Shown here one piece after another: positions 59,533 to 64,000 of a stretch of 64,000 nt of DNA. A program made the translations under genes and the position numbers. Numbering within the stretch: position 1 is the stretch's first letter; every line of letters begins with the position of its first letter. The notes under the pieces are model-generated. The model ran no database searches. It was not told where the DNA came from and was given only the letters and a program-made list of their open reading frames with translations. This DNA comes from Candidatus Kuenenia stuttgartensis (lineage in GTDB: Bacteria; Planctomycetota; Planctomycetia; Planctomycetales; Planctomycetaceae). The stretch spans positions 2,047 through 66,046 of the forward strand of contig CAMAWN010000007.1 in the NCBI GenBank assembly GCA_945861865.1. Reading direction: 5' to 3'.

Positions 59533-62265
59533 TCACCTGGCTTCGGTGGGTAGATCGACGAAGTACGTTTTGCCGTCGGTCGCGGTGGCGGCGATGCGAG
59601 CACCAGACGTGACGTAGTTGCCGCCGTAGGTGATCGTCGGCAGCTTCGACGAGAAGACTGGTTTTCCGGCAGCGATGTCCCAGATGTTGACGGCTCCGGT
59701 GTAGCCGATGCTCAGCAGCTTGTTGCCTGCGGCGTTGAAGCGAACTCGATAGACGTCATCCTTGTGTCCATCAAGCTTCTTGACCGGATCGGGCGAGTCG
59801 ATGTTCCAAATGAAAATCGGTCGATTCGGTCCGAGACCCACGCCGCCCGCCGCGATCGTGCGGCCATCGGGGCTGAGAGACACCGAGTAAACTGGGAACT
59901 CGGGACCTTTGAAGACGCGTAGCTCGGCTCCGTTTTCGAGGTTCAATAATTTGACCGTCTTGTCACCGCCGGCGATGACCAGCGATTTGTTGTCGGGGGT
60001 GAAGACGACTCCGTAGACCGGTTGCTGCTGCGTGCTGATGACTCGCACCGCGGCTTTCTTTTCGACGTCCCACAAGCGGACGGTCTTGTCGTTGCTGGCC
60101 GAGACCAGTTGCTTGCCGTCGTTGCTGAAGGCGAGGCCGTAGATGTGCGAAGCGTGTCCAGCGAGGTTGGCCGTGAATGTCGCGGCAGCGATATCCCACG
60201 TCTTTGCCGTGCCATCGGCCGATGCGGAGACTGCCGTGCGATTGTTAGGAGCGATGACGAGCGATCCAATCGCGGCCGTGTGGCCGGTCAGCGTTTGAGC
60301 GATCGGGCGAGTCGGCGGTTCGGCAGGTTGTGGGTTCGGAGGAGTGGGATCAACGGCACGCAGCGCGTTGTCGGCTCCGCTGGCGAGCAGTTTCGTGTTG
60401 TCGGGACTGAATGTCAGCCGCGTAACTTCGGCGGGAGTCTCGAAACGGACCTGAGCTTGCGCGTTGTTAATGTTCCAGACGCGGACACTCTTGTCGGCTC
60501 CGCCGGCGGCGATTTGCTGAGCGTTTGGGCTGATGGCGACAGCGATCACTCGGCCGGTCAGGCCAACGAACGGCCGCATCAAGGTGCCGGCGTTGCTGTC
60601 CCACAACTTCACGGAGCCATCTTCGTGGGCAGTCGCATGCCAGGCGCTGTTCGAGGCGATCACGAGATCATTGAATCGCTTGTCGTCAGCGACGAACACG
60701 GCCTGCACCGAAACCGCATCAACCTTGATCGTCTTGTCGGCTCCGGTCGAGACGACCGTTTTGTTATCGGGATGAAACGCGGTGCCTGTGACGGCCCCGG
60801 CATGTTGCACGAAGTATTGCAGCAGTCGCTTGGTCGGCAGATCCCACACGCGCACGCTGCCGTCGGCGCTGGATGAGACGAGCTTCGTGACATCACGGCT
60901 GAAGTCGACACCGGTGATCTTGTCGGTGTGCCCGGCGAGCGCGGCGACAGCGGCTCCGTCAGCGATGTTGAAGACTCGCACTTGCTTGTCGTTCGAGCCA
61001 ACCGCCAGAAGCAGGTTGTTGACGCTGATCGCGAGACTCGTCGCGGCGTCCGGCAGGTCGAGCTTGCGGATCATCGCGCCGTCGGCGGCATTCCAAATCT
61101 TGACAGTCTTGTCGTGGCTAGCGGTGACGAGATTCGCTCCGTTTGGCAAGTACGCGACGCCGCTGACCGGGCCACCGTGCGGAGCCAGTGCGCGGACTTC
61201 GGCACCGTCAGCGGTCTTGTAAATCTTCACGACACCGGTCGCATCGCCGACCGCGATTTCTTGATGATTGGGATTCACGGCGACAGCGGTGATTGCCCCA
61301 GCTTGAGCCGCGAAGGCTTTCACGAGTTGCCCGTTGTTGGCATCAAACAACCGAGCGATCTTGTCGGCGCAACCGGTCAATACCCAGGCTTGATTCGGAC
61401 TGAATGCGATCGCGGTCACGGCTTCGGGATGTCCATCGAGATTGCGAATCGGCTGCCCGTTATTGCGATCCCACAACCGCGCGGTCTTGTCATTCGAGCC
61501 GGTCGCGATCCAATTTCCGTCGGGTCGCAGCGCGACCGCGTTGATCACGTCGCCGTGTCCCGCGATGTTCGACAGCGCAGGCAACTGCACCGGCCAGCGT
61601 TTGACGAGTCCGTCCGCTCCGGAGGTCAAAAAGAAGCCGTTATTCGGAGCGTAGGCCAAGCCGGTGATCTCGCCGGTGTGTGCTCCGAGGACTTGTTGAG
61701 CAATTCCATCGGCGAAGTTGAATAACCGGACGACTCCGGTCGCATCGCCCGCCGCGACTTGTTGATTATCTTTGCGGACATCGACTCGCGTGATCGCAGC
61801 CGTGCTGCCGGCGATGTCGCGAGCGAGTTTGCCATCGGCGGCGGTCCAGACTTTCAGCAGCTTGTCGGCTCCACTGCTGACAACGAAGTTACCGTCGGTT
61901 GTCATCGCGGCCGAGGTAACCGCGCCTTGATGTCCCGCGAGATTCAGCACCGGCGCGTTGTTCGGAATTTCCCAGAGACGGATCGTGTTGTCGAGTCCTC
62001 CCGACGCGATCAACTTGCTGTCGGGCGAGACGGCGATCGACAGGACGAGGCCCGTGTGTCCGAGCATCGTCCGCGTCGGTTGCAGCGAGTTCGCGTCCCA
62101 CAGCCGCACGGTTTGATCGAAGCTGCCTGTGACCAGCCATTTGCCGTCCGGCGTTGTTGTGATGTCGTAAACCGGTTCGGTGTGTCCGACCAATTCGACG
62201 GCAAAACTGGCGGCGACGCACAGAGCCGCCAGTGCCACAGAGAATCCGAACAAAGTCTTCCGCAT
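59533..62265 (-). CDS. Exported WD40-repeat protein (about 21 blades, consistent with three 7-bladed propellers)
   Basis: I use the ATG at 62265 (AGGAG at an 8-nt spacing), giving the signal peptide MRKTLFGFSVALAALCVAASFA. 910 aa. WD40 units of about 42 aa run throughout, for example GHTGLVLSIAVSPDSKLIASGGLDNTIRLWEI and GHASHIYGLAFSNDGKQLVSASNDKTVRLWDV. Confidence 0.85.
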   Translation of the reverse strand: MRKTLFGFSVALAALCVAASFAVELVGHTEPVYDITTTPDGKWLVTGSFDQTVRLWDANSLQPTRTMLGHTGLVLSIAVSPDSKLIASGGLDNTIRLWEIPNNAPVLNLAGHQGAVTSAAMTTDGNFVVSSGADKLLKVWTAADGKLARDIAGSTAAITRVDVRKDNQQVAAGDATGVVRLFNFADGIAQQVLGAHTGEITGLAYAPNNGFFLTSGADGLVKRWPVQLPALSNIAGHGDVINAVALRPDGNWIATGSNDKTARLWDRNNGQPIRNLDGHPEAVTAIAFSPNQAWVLTGCADKIARLFDANNGQLVKAFAAQAGAITAVAVNPNHQEIAVGDATGVVKIYKTADGAEVRALAPHGGPVSGVAYLPNGANLVTASHDKTVKIWNAADGAMIRKLDLPDAATSLAISVNNLLLAVGSNDKQVRVFNIADGAAVAALAGHTDKITGVDFSRDVTKLVSSSADGSVRVWDLPTKRLLQYFVQHAGAVTGTAFHPDNKTVVSTGADKTIKVDAVSVQAVFVADDKRFNDLVIASNSAWHATAHEDGSVKLWDSNAGTLMRPFVGLTGRVIAVAISPNAQQIAAGGADKSVRVWNINNAQAQVRFETPAEVTRLTFSPDNTKLLASGADNALRAVDPTPPNPQPAEPPTRPIAQTLTGHTAAIGSLVIAPNNRTAVSASADGTAKTWDIAAATFTANLAGHASHIYGLAFSNDGKQLVSASNDKTVRLWDVEKKAAVRVISTQQQPVYGVVFTPDNKSLVIAGGDKTVKLLNLENGAELRVFKGPEFPVYSVSLSPDGRTIAAGGVGLGPNRPIFIWNIDSPDPVKKLDGHKDDVYRVRFNAAGNKLLSIGYTGAVNIWDIAAGKPVFSSKLPTITYGGNYVTSGARIAATATDGKTYFVDLPTEAR

Positions 62266-62421
62266 GATGATCGCTCCTGACAGACAAGCATCGAATCTCA
62301 CCGATGCCAGTTTGGAGAGCGAGCGAAGGCTCGTCAACGAACAGCCGAAGGACCGCAGAACAGAACAGAGGACACGAAGATGCTGATGGTCAGGATTGAG
62401 ATGCGTTGTCACTTCAATGCA

Positions 62422-63897
62422 TCACTCGACTTGACCGGCTGCGCGAACTCCGGAGCCGCGCCGTTTCATGAGCGAGTCGCCGAGGTCGGCGCGGGCTTGC
62501 TCCGCGAGCGATTCAAGGCGACGGACGACATCGAGGTTATTGTCGGCGACGTTGCGCGATTCACTGAGATCGTCTTTGAGATTAAACAGAGATTGTTCGA
62601 TGCGGCGGACCTCGTAGCCGTGTCGGCTAGCGATGCCGCGAATGCCGGACTCCTCGATCGACTTCGGTTTCATGTTCTCGAAGTTGGCGGGCTTGCCGGC
62701 TCGGCCGGGCGGGCCGGCGACGGTCAAGTAATCATGAGCGAAGTGCAGCTTCCAATTGCCGCTGCGAATCGCTTGCAGTTCATCGCCGGAAAAGAACAAC
62801 AGCGACTGGTGCGGCGTGTGCGCGTTCGGTTGACCGGAGAGAATCGGCCAGACGTCGAGTCCGTCGATGCGATGTTTCGGCAACGGCGCATCGACCAGCT
62901 TGGCAATTGTCGGCAGCAAGTCGATGGTGGCGACTGGTTCGTCGCAGGTACGGCCGGCGGGAATCTTCTTCGGACACCACATCACGCAGGGAGTTCGGAC
63001 GCCTCCTTCAAACGTCGTCAGCTTGCCTTCGCGAAACGGTGACGCGGTGCCGGCATGTTCGCCGTAGGAGAGAAACGGGCCGTTGTCGGAGGTGAAGATC
63101 ACGAGCGTGTTCTCTTCGAGGCCCAGACGCTTCAACGCGCCGATGATTGTGCCGACCGACCAATCGAGTTCCTCCACGACATCGCCGTACAAGCCGCGAC
63201 CGGATCGGCCTTTGAATTTCTGCGACGCAAAAATCGGCACATGCGGCATGATGTGCGGCAGGTACAAGAAGAATGGTTGGTCGCGATGGCGTTCGAGGAA
63301 CTGAATCGCGCGCTCGGTCAGCCGCTGCGTGAATTGCGATTGATCGGGATCGACTTCCGCCGTCTTCTCGCCGTCGATCCACGGTAGCGATGGGATCGTC
63401 TTCACAACCGGATGCAACGGGCCGTTGTCGTTGGAATACGGAATGCCCCGGAACTCTTGGAAGCCATGCCGCAATGGTGAGAACTCTGGACGATGTCCGA
63501 GATGCCACTTGCCAAAGATGGCCGTCGCGTAACCGCGCTGTTGCAGCAGTTCCGGTAACAGGACTTCATCTGCGTGGATGCCGGCCTTGCTGGTGTGATT
63601 GAGCGCCCCGGCCAGGCCGATTCGATTGGCATAGCAGCCGGTCATCAACGACGCTCGCGAAGCGGTGCAGACTGGTTGCGAAACGTAGAAACTGGTGAAC
63701 CGCGTACCCTCTTTCGCCAGCCGGTCGATGTTCGGCGTGCGTATGTCCTTCGCCCCGAAGCAGCCGACGTCTGAATAGCCAAGGTCGTCGGCAAAGATTA
63801 GCACGATGTTCGGCCGCGATGCGTCGGCTGCAAACGCGACAGACATGTGCAAAAGAACGGCAGCGGCGAAACCGAGATGGCGAGACAACGTGATCAT
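62422..63897 (-). CDS. Arylsulfatase-family sulfatase (formylglycine-dependent type)
   Basis: 491 aa. The signal peptide is MITLSRHLGFAAAVLLHMSVAFAA. Family motifs are NIVLIFADDLGYSDVG and the formylglycine motif as C-T-A-S-R (PVCTASRASLMTG), the C-x-A-x-R variant of C-x-P-x-R. GKWHLG is also present. Confidence 0.9.
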   Translation of the reverse strand: MITLSRHLGFAAAVLLHMSVAFAADASRPNIVLIFADDLGYSDVGCFGAKDIRTPNIDRLAKEGTRFTSFYVSQPVCTASRASLMTGCYANRIGLAGALNHTSKAGIHADEVLLPELLQQRGYATAIFGKWHLGHRPEFSPLRHGFQEFRGIPYSNDNGPLHPVVKTIPSLPWIDGEKTAEVDPDQSQFTQRLTERAIQFLERHRDQPFFLYLPHIMPHVPIFASQKFKGRSGRGLYGDVVEELDWSVGTIIGALKRLGLEENTLVIFTSDNGPFLSYGEHAGTASPFREGKLTTFEGGVRTPCVMWCPKKIPAGRTCDEPVATIDLLPTIAKLVDAPLPKHRIDGLDVWPILSGQPNAHTPHQSLLFFSGDELQAIRSGNWKLHFAHDYLTVAGPPGRAGKPANFENMKPKSIEESGIRGIASRHGYEVRRIEQSLFNLKDDLSESRNVADNNLDVVRRLESLAEQARADLGDSLMKRRGSGVRAAGQVE

Positions 63898-64000
63898 CGT
63901 GGACTCTCAAGCAAGAGAGAGGGGTGGCGCCGCTTGCTTCAAGCGGTGTGCGTAGCATTGGAAACTTTGCAGGTGGCGTCCAATGATCCATCGACGGTCA

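Noticed and set aside
62422-63897. The sulfatase active-site motif C-T-A-S-R, considered as a sign of an inactive enzyme.
   Set aside because: C/S-x-P/A-x-R is the accepted form of the formylglycine-modification motif. The Ala variant is therefore compatible with an active sulfatase.

Overview
This is a high-GC bacterial chromosome segment (GC judged by eye, not computed). Its gene content points to Planctomycetota, probably Pirellulales-like. The marker families are a DUF1559 'H-X9-DG' pseudopilin, DUF1501 and PSCyt/DUF1549/DUF1553 gene pairs, CRTAC1 (FG-GAP + ASPIC/UnbV) lipoproteins, DUF11-repeat surface proteins and a sulfatase.

I support 46 protein-coding genes. The housekeeping anchors are ilvB, tyrS, dnaE, mazG and a complete F1Fo ATP synthase operon (atpZ-like, atpI-like, atpB-E-F-H-A-G-D-C). 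There is also an ECF-type Co/Ni importer (cbiM fused to a PDGLE domain, cbiQ, cbiO).

I found no rRNA, tRNA, CRISPR array, transposase, integrase or recognisable defence genes. The many long ORFs antisense to real genes are treated as GC artefacts.

The observations I rank highest are:
- A tandemly duplicated heme-protein/DUF1501 module of unknown function (20.6-32.5 kb).
- An all-envelope neighbourhood with two permuted TPR + FG-GAP propeller pairs around a DUF1559 pseudopilin (33.8-43.0 kb).
- A 54-nt palindromic repeat sitting in frame in the linker of the cbiM-PDGLE fusion, with related hairpin units in the atpE-atpF spacer.
- Several families of intergenic palindromic (REP-like) elements.

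CDS coordinates follow the ORF track, with starts re-picked where an internal ATG/GTG/TTG plus a Shine-Dalgarno (SD) sequence fits better. Hand-located motifs are accurate to about +/-2 nt. Between about 43.1 and 45.4 kb my line counting disagreed with the track by 1 nt.
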